From: Bacteroidales bacterium
Lineage (GTDB): Bacteria > Bacteroidota > Bacteroidia > Bacteroidales > JAADJA01
Length of the DNA stretch: 64,000 bases
Assembly: GCA_030596605.1 (NCBI GenBank)
Contig: JAUVJI010000003.1
Location: 3,346 to 67,345 of the forward strand
Direction: 5' to 3'
Shown here: positions 1-9,010 of the stretch, piece by piece
How the letters are laid out: each line of letters starts with the position of its first letter
Numbering within the stretch: the stretch's first letter is position 1
Made by a program: the position numbers and the translations under genes
Notes under the pieces: generated by a model
Told to the model about the DNA's origin: nothing
The model's input: only the letters and a program-made list of their open reading frames with translations
Databases searched by the model: none

Positions 1-1
1 T

Positions 2-724
2 TATGCCTGGGCCATTGACTTTTTCGGCATCCAAAAAGGTGACTATTACAAAGTTATTTTTGAGGAGTTATTTGTTGAGGGTGAATGTATCGGTGTTGGA
101 AAAGTTTATGCAGCACTTTTTAATCATGCCGATTTTGATTTTTATGCTTTCTACTTTGTTCAGGACAGTATCGGAGATTATTTTGATGATGGGGCCAATA
201 GTATGAGAAGAACATTTTTAAAGGCACCGCTTAGGTTTAAAAGGATCAGTTCAAGGTTTTCTCATAGTCGCCTTCATCCAATACTTAAGGTCAGACGTCC
301 CCATCATGGAGTGGATTATGCGGCTGCCTACGGAACTCCCGTCCATGCGGTGGGTGAAGGTGTAGTGACATTTGCAGCACGGAAAGGCGCCAATGGAAAT
401 ATTGTAAAAATCAAGCATAACGGAACTTATACAACTGCATACCTTCATCTGTCAAAATTTGGAAAAGGTATTAAACAAGGCGCTCATGTTAAACAAGGCG
501 ATGTGATCGGTTATGTAGGCAGCACCGGAAGATCTACCGGACCCCATCTTGATTTCCGGTTTTACAGAAACGGAAAGGCCATTGATCCATTAAAAGTTAA
601 ATCCCCTCCAGCCAAACCAGTAGATACAGTAAATTTGGGTGAGTACTGGACAATCGTCGAGAAGTATCGGGAACAATTGGACAGTATCGCTGTTCAGGAA
701 ACTAAACCCGTAGCTAACTTATAA
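2..724 (+). CDS. M23 family metallopeptidase (MepM-like), 5'-truncated by the window edge
   Basis: Frame 2 is open from base 2 (YAWAIDFFGIQKGD...) into the 203..724 ORF; HHGVDYAA, YLHL and STGPHLDF M23 motifs. Confidence 0.9.
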   Translation, partial: YAWAIDFFGIQKGDYYKVIFEELFVEGECIGVGKVYAALFNHADFDFYAFYFVQDSIGDYFDDGANSMRRTFLKAPLRFKRISSRFSHSRLHPILKVRRPHHGVDYAAAYGTPVHAVGEGVVTFAARKGANGNIVKIKHNGTYTTAYLHLSKFGKGIKQGAHVKQGDVIGYVGSTGRSTGPHLDFRFYRNGKAIDPLKVKSPPAKPVDTVNLGEYWTIVEKYREQLDSIAVQETKPVANL

Positions 725-739
725 GAACATCCTTTAACA

Positions 740-3700
740 TTATTCAACTATCACCCTCACTCCTTCCGAGTGACTTGTGAACTCAGGCGCATACGTACAT
801 TGAATAGTTGTGATCCCATTTGAGAAGTCTCCTTTTTGGGAAACAATCAATGGGTATTCAAACACATAGGTTCCTTTTCGCAGGTAATCAAAAAAGAAAT
901 TGGTTGAAGCATCCAGGGTGCTTTCATAATATCCCAATCCACCCTGGTAGCGATAACCGGACAAAACATTAACAGGTTCAAAGGCCGAGGCCCGCATGTC
1001 TTTCATATGTACATATTCCATATCACGGTCAACCCGAAGTTCAATCCTGACTTTTATTTTATCTCCTATTTTAAGCTCCTGCTCATCTTCAACAGGTTCA
1101 ATGACAGGGCCGGCATCTGTATCTCTTTCAACAAATAACCTTTTTTGAAGTTTCAGCGGTGTTTCATGGGTTGTGATTTTATCAAGATTTTCAAAATACT
1201 GCCAGTAAACAGCGCCCCAGGCAATCCCTTCGTTTTTATTGGTAACAGTAATATTTCCCATTTCCGGTTCTATATCACTTCCTGCCCAGGAAGTTTTGAA
1301 ATATCCTGTTCCGGCTTCTACTTTTGTATCATCCCTTTTAAAAGGATCAATTTCTTCGGAACCAATCTTAATCTCTGCCAATTCATCATTAACAAGCCAA
1401 TCAGATCCTCTTAGTAATAGTGCATAAACAGCCTCTGCTGTGGCTTTTCCTGTTTTCCAGTTTTGTGTTTGTTTTTGTTTCAGCAACCATATTTTCATTT
1501 GCTCAACTGATTCTTTGTCATTCAAAACTTCGTTAAATGCTTCGATCAGTAAAGCCTGTGTTTCTATCGGAGCCTCGTACCAGTAAAAACCGCCCCGGTT
1601 ATCTCGCCAGTACATGCCCAATTCATCCGAATACAAAGCATACTCTTTAATTGAGGCCATAATTTCCGAAGGAATGGATTTCTCTCCAATCTCGTTCAAG
1701 GCCAGAGCAATCATACCTTTCAAATAAATACTATTTTCGGGCCAGTATTTTTTACCCTGTTCACGATAATAGTTGAAAGCATCAGCATAGTTTTTAGAAA
1801 TCTCCATTTCATCAAGAAAATAACTTCTAGCATATAAATATTGTATCTGAACCTGACTCAGATGATTGTCTTCCATATTTTCAGGATGACGTTCCAAAAG
1901 TTTCTCATAATCTTCTTTGATCCTCTGATCGAGATAACGAATAGCTTTTCTGAGCATGTCCTTTGTTTCACTGTTATCCCACGGATTTGCAACTCCCAAT
2001 TGTTTTAAATGACCAAAGCCTGTAACTATGTTTTGCGTGATGTGCCTGCTATCGGGCATACCTTTGAACCAGGGCCAACCCCCGTTTGGAGATTGTTTTT
2101 GCTTCAGCTTTCTTAATGACGAACTCAATTCATCCGACATTCTGTTCAGGTCGAACAACAAGGCCACCCTTTGCTTTCTCTCAGATTCATTTTTTGCATC
2201 CAGCACCCAGGGGGTTTCCTGCAGCAATAAGGATTTTAATTCTTCATTTTTTTCAAGGTTTGAGAGCAAGGCATCTGGTGAGAAATTTTTCCACACATCA
2301 AATACTTGTTTTATTTTCGGGCTTGAGCCAACGAGGTGGGATGCAATGCTATTGGAATAATACCTGTTGAAAACATTATCCGCTGATTCGTACTCCGATT
2401 CCATAATGTAAGGCAACGCCTGAACAGCATACCAGACAGGATTGGAAGAAAATTCCAAAGTGAGTTTATGATTTTTGATCGTGGATTTCCCTTTCCCTGA
2501 TTTCAGTAGTTTTTCAAATTTGAAGGATTTTGTCTCATTACCTTTAACAGGAAGTGGAAGTGACTCTGTAACCAGCATCCTGTTGCTCAAAACTGGAATA
2601 GGTTTCTCTTCACCATCTGAAAAAGTTCCTGCTTTGGCAATAATTTTATAGGTAATTACATCTGCAAAATCGGGAATGTTGATATTCCATTCAACCATAT
2701 CACTTTTTCCTTTTGCGACTTCAAATTCTCTGACAGCAATATCGCTGCATATTTGGTCAGTGATATCCTCCATCGTCCTCGTATCGAAAAATGTAATTTT
2801 TGCCTCTCCAGAAAGAGCATTTTCAGTTAGGTTTACAATTTTCGCCGTGAAAAAAATTTTATCGCCTTCCCTGAAAAATCGTGGTGGATTTGGCATGACC
2901 ATCAAATCCTTTTGCGTAACTATTTCTTTTTCGAACATGCCATATTCCAAATCTTTTGAATGTGCCAATCCCATTAGCTTCCATTTTGTGAGAGACTCAG
3001 GAATAGTAAATGAAATCTCAATATTTCCTGCTTCATTTGTGTGTAATGCAGGGTAAAAGAAAGCGGTTTCACGAAAATCGCGCCTTATCTGCAATCCGGT
3101 AAAATCCTCATCTTTTCCTAATTTCCCTCCACCTGTTGTAGCAGCCCAGGAAGATACTTCTTGGTCAGTATCTTCTTCTGCTTTATTATCATTTTCACCG
3201 GAAGCCTGTTCTTCCGCTTCCATATCAAGTCCCTGCCCGGGAAGGACTTGCTGATCGTACATCACATCACCGTCAGCGACTATGCCTTTCCTGTAACGTG
3301 GCCAGCCACCAAAATAATTAAACCCAAACCAGTTGAGCTGATCATAGTTTCGGAAAACAGATTGTACGGAGGTTCCTGTTTGTGGTAAATAAAAGTTACT
3401 TTGGTGCGAACCAAATGCAGACATAGAACTCCATGAATTGTGGCTGTAAATCTTATCGTACAAATGAAAATTCCATCGGTTTGATTTTAAAATATCAAGC
3501 GACGCATCGTACATGGAAGCCAGCAGTTCGGCAGCCACAAGGTCACCTTTTTTGCCTTTAATTTTTATCCTCCACTCTTCCTGTTGTCCGGGTATCAGTT
3601 TATCCCTGAAAGTAAGAAATTCAAATTCCAGTTCTTTATTGGCAAAAGAAACATGAACGTTAAAACTATTATTAAAACTCCTGCTATGCTTAACAAATAC

Positions 3701-6700
3701 AACATTCACCTTAAAGCCTCCCCGGTATTCTTCGAGGATGGGAATTTCAATTTTGCGTTGCTCATCCGAAAGTTTTAGCCACTGCCTGCTTATTGTTTTT
3801 TCTTTATACGTCACTTCATACAACACCCTCACATTTTTATCTTTTGTTCCAATTATAATAGCTGCATTTTCACCGGGCTCTCCCTTTTCCTTTAAAATAT
3901 GGAACCAATTGATCTCGTTGACCGGTGGCTTTTTGGCATCCTTTGAAAAGAGGGTAAAATATTTGGTCAATTCAACCTTTTCACCATAGCTGTCGGTTGT
4001 TTGAACATTAACAGCATAGCGGCCTGCCTTCCATTTAGCAGTTTCGGATAAAGTAATTATAGAATCTGATCCGGTATCGAAATCCAATGTTTCCACAACT
4101 GACTCTTCCTGCAGTTTATCCATTCTACCTTCATTGCCATACGCATCCAAAGGAAAATATTTTATATAATCTTCTTTTGAAATGATTTGAATATCTGGTA
4201 CGGAACCCCATTTTTTATCCCTCAATAATCGTTCAGGTTCCTTTAACTTCGTAAAAGTAATTTTTCCTTTTGCCAGTACAGGTTGCCCATTCCAATTTGC
4301 TGTAACTATTTTAATGTCTTTCAGGTCATTTTTTTCAATGGTTTCTTCAATTCCAAACTTGATACCCAAAGCTGTATATCCTACGCCAACTTCAGTTGTT
4401 GCGGATTGGGTTTCACCATTCATATCTGTTATATCGGCAAAGATTCTGTAAAAGAAAACCGGATTATATTTTGACGATACGGTGTGATCGGGAATGGCTT
4501 TGAATTCAATCGTAAATTCACCGTTTTCATTTGTATTTGTTGTGCCATTGATTATTTCCATGGTCGGTTGGCCCGGATAAATATCATATGCCCAATACCT
4601 GTATGGAAGACGTAAATGACGCAAAACCCTGAATTTTACCGATGCATTGTCGATATTGCTGCCGGCATAAGCTTTTGCATTTCCGGTGACCTGCACATTT
4701 TCGTTAAGCTTATAGCTTCCCTGTACAGGATTAAATACTACTTCAAATTTTGGCCGTTTGTATTCCTCGACTGAAATATTAATTGAACCGGTATTATTTC
4801 TAATGGTCATATTACCATTTAAAACCCCTTTGGGTGCAATGAATGATCCGTTGAAAGAACCGTATTCATTGGTTACCAGTTCGAATTCAGAAATTTTCTG
4901 ATAATTCACATTATAAAATTCAACGGTGGTTTTATAATCCTGTTTTATTTCATAATTATTTCCTAATTTATCAATGACAATCCCTTTAAAATAGATGGTT
5001 TGACCTGGGCGATAAATGGCCCTATCGGTGAATAACCAGGTTTTGGTTTGTTTTTTTTCTTCAGCGGGTGAATGAGCCGAATGGTAATACCTTTCGCCTG
5101 TAACAAGTTTCTCATTTCCTTTTGTGAATTCTATAAAAAAGGAATTGCGCCCGCTGTTTCCCTGTTGAGCCGGAATCTCAATAAAACCATCACCATCTGA
5201 AATAAAGCTATCTCCCTTTACATACTCGTATGAACGTGATTGATAATTATAGTTTTTGTAGAAAACCTGGGCCGTTACACCTTCCAAAGCAATGCCCGAA
5301 GTACGATCCATTACAAAAAATTTCTTTGTCCCACTTTTAGAATCCTGAGAAATGTAGCTGATATTGGAAACCCAAAATGTGGTTGAAGCAAAGTAGTTAC
5401 TATCGGTATTAAATTCCTGATCGTTACAAGCCAATAAAACAAAAAAGCCCAAAGGCAGTTCCGGTATTTTTATTTCTGTTGCATGTTTTTGAAAATCACC
5501 GTCACCGGGTAAATCAATATCCCAGGTTGTAAAAGCGGGCAATGAATTGTATTTATCCAATAGCTCCTTATTGATCCTGTAATTTTGTGTAATTTCCCTG
5601 TATTGGCCGTGTTCAAGATTGATTAACTTGAAAAAAACTTTTGGAGTGTTTCGAAATTCCAGAAATGAAAGTGATGGTTTTTGCGGAACATAAACACCTT
5701 CAACTTTCAATTGTAAATCCGGCTTTTCAATTTGTGAAAGCAACACCCGGCAATTTTGTGCTCCGTCAGATTCAGGGAAGCGTTTAATGGCTTCCTGGCA
5801 TTTTTCATAAGCTTTTTTGGTTTCCCATTTGTATTGATCTGAAATTAATAAGGGTTTGTATTGCCTTCCTTTATTTTGGTATGCTTTGGCAATTTCATAA
5901 CTTACTTCTGTTGATGAAGGATACGCCAAAATTCTATTTTCCATTTGCTCCAATCTGTTGAGATAAAGGCTGTCCTTAAGCGGCAGGATTGAATTTTGAT
6001 GAACAAATTTTAATCGTTTCAAATTTACATCTACCATAGCGGTTGGTTCTTCATCATTCAAATGAAAACCAATCAGATCCTGCAAAATCTGCATAGCGTA
6101 AAATTTCAGGGAAAGTGAATCGCGGGTTTCCAATTTTAACTTACTAAAAGTTAGTGCCTTTGAAAAATATTCTTCTTTATCCAATTCAAATTTGTAAACC
6201 GGTTGAATAATGGAAGATTCATCATTCATAAAAAAGTCTACTGCACGGTGAGCCAAAAAGTCGTACAAAGTTGGCCTGTATTTTTTCGATTCTTTGGTAG
6301 TTTCCAATATTACATCATAGGCTTTTAAATCTGTGATCTTTAACTCATCACTGTTTTCAAGTGAAGCCTGGTAATTATTAATTACTTCATTCAAAAGTGT
6401 CTTCAAGTCCCACGTACGAATATCTTCTTTTTCAATATTTACAGCCGTTGTCCTGTCAAGAAATTTGTACCTGTTGGCCTGGTAATAACGCCAGTAAATA
6501 TCGGCTGTTATTGAATGCAGAATTTGTTTAACAGGAGTTTCAGCTTTTGCTATTTGCAATTGCATATCCTGAATGATCTTCTCGATAAACTCTTCCTCAA
6601 AGTCAGATTTGAGTTTGATTTTGTATAATATGGCTTTTATGTATTGGGGATGATTATCTTCCTTTTGAGATTTGTCATAAATCGCATCAACCATGTTCAG

Positions 6701-6886
6701 GGCAGATTGTGGCAGACCTTTACTGACCAAAGAATCTACTTTTTTCCAATCCTGCTCATACGTATCGTAGTCAGGTGGGGGTATCATGGAGTTGGCAGAA
6801 TTACAGGAGGTATAAAATAATGTAAAACTGCTGGTAAATACTGCCAGTAAAACGATTCCGGCATAAACAAATATTTTTAGTTTCAT
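740..6886 (-). CDS. Bacterial alpha-2-macroglobulin family protein, probable lipoprotein
   Basis: 2048 aa; FTDRAIYRPGQ, VEEYKRPKFEV, RRDFRETAFF and C-terminal A2M motifs; hydrophobic leader ending near YTSC. Confidence 0.92.
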   Translation of the reverse strand: MKLKIFVYAGIVLLAVFTSSFTLFYTSCNSANSMIPPPDYDTYEQDWKKVDSLVSKGLPQSALNMVDAIYDKSQKEDNHPQYIKAILYKIKLKSDFEEEFIEKIIQDMQLQIAKAETPVKQILHSITADIYWRYYQANRYKFLDRTTAVNIEKEDIRTWDLKTLLNEVINNYQASLENSDELKITDLKAYDVILETTKESKKYRPTLYDFLAHRAVDFFMNDESSIIQPVYKFELDKEEYFSKALTFSKLKLETRDSLSLKFYAMQILQDLIGFHLNDEEPTAMVDVNLKRLKFVHQNSILPLKDSLYLNRLEQMENRILAYPSSTEVSYEIAKAYQNKGRQYKPLLISDQYKWETKKAYEKCQEAIKRFPESDGAQNCRVLLSQIEKPDLQLKVEGVYVPQKPSLSFLEFRNTPKVFFKLINLEHGQYREITQNYRINKELLDKYNSLPAFTTWDIDLPGDGDFQKHATEIKIPELPLGFFVLLACNDQEFNTDSNYFASTTFWVSNISYISQDSKSGTKKFFVMDRTSGIALEGVTAQVFYKNYNYQSRSYEYVKGDSFISDGDGFIEIPAQQGNSGRNSFFIEFTKGNEKLVTGERYYHSAHSPAEEKKQTKTWLFTDRAIYRPGQTIYFKGIVIDKLGNNYEIKQDYKTTVEFYNVNYQKISEFELVTNEYGSFNGSFIAPKGVLNGNMTIRNNTGSINISVEEYKRPKFEVVFNPVQGSYKLNENVQVTGNAKAYAGSNIDNASVKFRVLRHLRLPYRYWAYDIYPGQPTMEIINGTTNTNENGEFTIEFKAIPDHTVSSKYNPVFFYRIFADITDMNGETQSATTEVGVGYTALGIKFGIEETIEKNDLKDIKIVTANWNGQPVLAKGKITFTKLKEPERLLRDKKWGSVPDIQIISKEDYIKYFPLDAYGNEGRMDKLQEESVVETLDFDTGSDSIITLSETAKWKAGRYAVNVQTTDSYGEKVELTKYFTLFSKDAKKPPVNEINWFHILKEKGEPGENAAIIIGTKDKNVRVLYEVTYKEKTISRQWLKLSDEQRKIEIPILEEYRGGFKVNVVFVKHSRSFNNSFNVHVSFANKELEFEFLTFRDKLIPGQQEEWRIKIKGKKGDLVAAELLASMYDASLDILKSNRWNFHLYDKIYSHNSWSSMSAFGSHQSNFYLPQTGTSVQSVFRNYDQLNWFGFNYFGGWPRYRKGIVADGDVMYDQQVLPGQGLDMEAEEQASGENDNKAEEDTDQEVSSWAATTGGGKLGKDEDFTGLQIRRDFRETAFFYPALHTNEAGNIEISFTIPESLTKWKLMGLAHSKDLEYGMFEKEIVTQKDLMVMPNPPRFFREGDKIFFTAKIVNLTENALSGEAKITFFDTRTMEDITDQICSDIAVREFEVAKGKSDMVEWNINIPDFADVITYKIIAKAGTFSDGEEKPIPVLSNRMLVTESLPLPVKGNETKSFKFEKLLKSGKGKSTIKNHKLTLEFSSNPVWYAVQALPYIMESEYESADNVFNRYYSNSIASHLVGSSPKIKQVFDVWKNFSPDALLSNLEKNEELKSLLLQETPWVLDAKNESERKQRVALLFDLNRMSDELSSSLRKLKQKQSPNGGWPWFKGMPDSRHITQNIVTGFGHLKQLGVANPWDNSETKDMLRKAIRYLDQRIKEDYEKLLERHPENMEDNHLSQVQIQYLYARSYFLDEMEISKNYADAFNYYREQGKKYWPENSIYLKGMIALALNEIGEKSIPSEIMASIKEYALYSDELGMYWRDNRGGFYWYEAPIETQALLIEAFNEVLNDKESVEQMKIWLLKQKQTQNWKTGKATAEAVYALLLRGSDWLVNDELAEIKIGSEEIDPFKRDDTKVEAGTGYFKTSWAGSDIEPEMGNITVTNKNEGIAWGAVYWQYFENLDKITTHETPLKLQKRLFVERDTDAGPVIEPVEDEQELKIGDKIKVRIELRVDRDMEYVHMKDMRASAFEPVNVLSGYRYQGGLGYYESTLDASTNFFFDYLRKGTYVFEYPLIVSQKGDFSNGITTIQCTYAPEFTSHSEGVRVIVE

Positions 6887-7031
6887 TGTATTGATTGATA
6901 AGTTACAAATTGTGATTTCTTATATTGATGCAAAGGTCGGGATAATTCCACAAGAATTTAAACCAATATAATATTTACCTTAAATTATTTGTTTAATTTA
7001 AAATGGGTTTGGATTGTGTATTTTTGTTTTA

Positions 7032-7039
7032 TACCTTTG
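7032..7039 (+). promoter_or_regulatory. Bacteroidota -7 promoter element (TACCTTTG)
   Basis: Matches TAnnTTTG about 40 nt upstream of the ATG at 7079. Confidence 0.5.
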
Positions 7040-7078
7040 TAGAAAAGAGAGCTTTTATAAAGCATCAAGTATTTTGAT

Positions 7079-7243
7079 ATGACACAAATAACTTTAAACA
7101 TAAAGGACAGCAAAGTGGGATTTTTTTTGGAACTAATTAAAAATTTCGATTTTGTTAAAGTGGCTAATGTGGATTATACTGAACCAACAAAAGAAGCGAA
7201 AAAGCTTTTCCGTCATTTCCATTACCCGGATTATCTTTCCTGA
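7079..7243 (+). pseudogene. Truncated small antitoxin-like ORF (54 aa), absent from the ORF track
   Basis: MTQITLNIKDSKVGFFLELIKNFDFVKVANVDYTEPTKE resembles small Bacteroidota putative antitoxins; after EPTKE it runs into the antisense strand of a T9SS CTD fragment. Confidence 0.5.
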
Positions 7244-7351
7244 CATATCCTGTATCTCTATTGTCCCTGCCTGCTTTGTTTCCAGCTTGTATATCAATAT
7301 CACATAATCATCCGAAGGATTGGGATATACTTCCAGCAACTGCTGCTTCAA
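7200..7351 (-). pseudogene. Orphan, truncated T9SS C-terminal domain fragment
   Basis: LLEVYPNPSDDYVILIYKLET...IQDMSGK; 54/65 nt identical (7278-7342) to 9195-9259; lacks the GxY...K end of a CTD. Confidence 0.75.
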
Positions 7352-7372
7352 TGGTTTGTAATATATCGGGAA

Positions 7373-8953
7373 TTACTGTACAATAAATTTATTATGGCCT
7401 ACAATCTGTCCGTTAGTATAAACCAGCACAATATAGATTCCAGAATACCATCCTTGTACACTCACTTCACTCTTCCCTTGATATTGGTATACCCTTTCCT
7501 TAAAAACCAAATCCCCAAAAACATTAAAACACTTTAATTCCATGTTTTTGTGGTGCTCCATATTTTGAAACTTAAAAGTTATTTCATCTCCATTTACCGG
7601 ATTAGGAAAAGCTTTAATCCTTATAGTCTTTTTCTTTTTATTATAATCCTCAAACCACGGCACATCATCAATATTAGTTATAATGCTGCACCCTGCTAGG
7701 TCGATAACACCAGATTGTATGGGCAGTTCTGTGCATAGGCTGTCGTAATTGTAATTGCCGGGATAAATAGTATCATGCTCAAGGCTGTCGTTCACTTTGT
7801 ATAAATATACATCATAACTTAAATCGGGATAACGGTAGCTGGTTGCTATTACATATTTATTATCAAAGGTTTTGTATAGATGCGGTGAACCACTTGTTCC
7901 TGCTCTGATTACATAATTATACACATTCCCTATTGTATCAAAAACAATCTCACCCTGGGAATTACCTTCTTCGTCGTATAAAAATCCAGCAGTTGCAATG
8001 AATATACTATCATTTACCCGTTCAATTTCATAAAATGTTGATTCATTAACTTCAGGACCCAATTTGTCATTTGAGATTACCTGGTAACCTGTCTGCTCTC
8101 CTTCATCATTATAAAGCATAGCCCATGCATTCATATGGTTTCCTCCATACCTGTACCGCCCCACCCCCATAAACAAAGAACCATTTATTTGAATCGTTTC
8201 TAATGCTTTCCCTTTCATATTATCCATTAATCCAAACTCAAGCAACCAAATTTCTTTAAAATCGTTATCTATTCCTATAAACATCGGTCTTATTGAACTA
8301 GTTGTCGGATAATTCGGATGAGGGGAATATACATATCCGCTGATAATATAAATATCATCAAAAAACTGGATACGGCTGCCAAGGCGCATTTCAAAATCAG
8401 GATAATTATCACAGGAAGCATAAGATTTTTTCCACTTATACTCGCCATCAGGAGATATGCAAAAAAGGTATATCATATCATGTTGATCCTCATCTGGCAT
8501 ATTGGCTACGGCTAATAAATCACCATTTTCAAGCATTATGGCATCATAAAATGCTCCATCAACGTATTCTTCAAAGTATAAATGTTTACACCACTGCAAT
8601 TCTCCACAAGCATTAAGTTTTATTGCAAGGGGCCAAAAAGGCTCTATATACTGGTGCAAGGTGCCAAACAGGTATATGTTTCCCTGCTCATCATATACAG
8701 TTTTCTCTATAATTACCTGTTCAGGATAATTACCCAATACTTTATCCCATAATACAACCCCATTAATGTCAGTTTTAACCAACCATCCTAAATCATCATA
8801 TTGGGCAGGTATTAAATACCCATTGTCATAATACTCAATAACCCTTCTGCTATCTTCATAATGGTTTGGCTCACCTATTGTATGTTCCCATTTCTGTGAA
8901 AAAGCGGTTAATATTGCCAGGATTAGAACCGATACTAAAATTACTCTTTTCAT
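7373..8953 (-). CDS. T9SS-secreted repeat (probable beta-propeller) protein
   Basis: Signal peptide; W-x-K repeats (WDKVLG, WCKHL, WKKSY); CTD AFPNP...SGIYIV...KFIVQ. Confidence 0.85.
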   Translation of the reverse strand: MKRVILVSVLILAILTAFSQKWEHTIGEPNHYEDSRRVIEYYDNGYLIPAQYDDLGWLVKTDINGVVLWDKVLGNYPEQVIIEKTVYDEQGNIYLFGTLHQYIEPFWPLAIKLNACGELQWCKHLYFEEYVDGAFYDAIMLENGDLLAVANMPDEDQHDMIYLFCISPDGEYKWKKSYASCDNYPDFEMRLGSRIQFFDDIYIISGYVYSPHPNYPTTSSIRPMFIGIDNDFKEIWLLEFGLMDNMKGKALETIQINGSLFMGVGRYRYGGNHMNAWAMLYNDEGEQTGYQVISNDKLGPEVNESTFYEIERVNDSIFIATAGFLYDEEGNSQGEIVFDTIGNVYNYVIRAGTSGSPHLYKTFDNKYVIATSYRYPDLSYDVYLYKVNDSLEHDTIYPGNYNYDSLCTELPIQSGVIDLAGCSIITNIDDVPWFEDYNKKKKTIRIKAFPNPVNGDEITFKFQNMEHHKNMELKCFNVFGDLVFKERVYQYQGKSEVSVQGWYSGIYIVLVYTNGQIVGHNKFIVQ

Positions 8954-8969
8954 ATCAAATATTTTAAAA

Positions 8970-9002
8970 AAAAGCCTCCCGGATTTTAAACACAGGGAGA
9001 CT
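8970..9002 (-). terminator. Hairpin between the chassis gene and its partner gene
   Basis: GCCTCCC...GGGAGAC inverted repeat next to an A-run (U-tract on the minus strand). Confidence 0.5.
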
Positions 9003-9010
9003 GATAACGG

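Noticed and set aside
3-206. Separate 67-aa ORF or frameshift in the M23 gene
   Set aside because: Frame 2 is continuous from base 2 with the M23 protein, so the frame-3 ORF is a shadow
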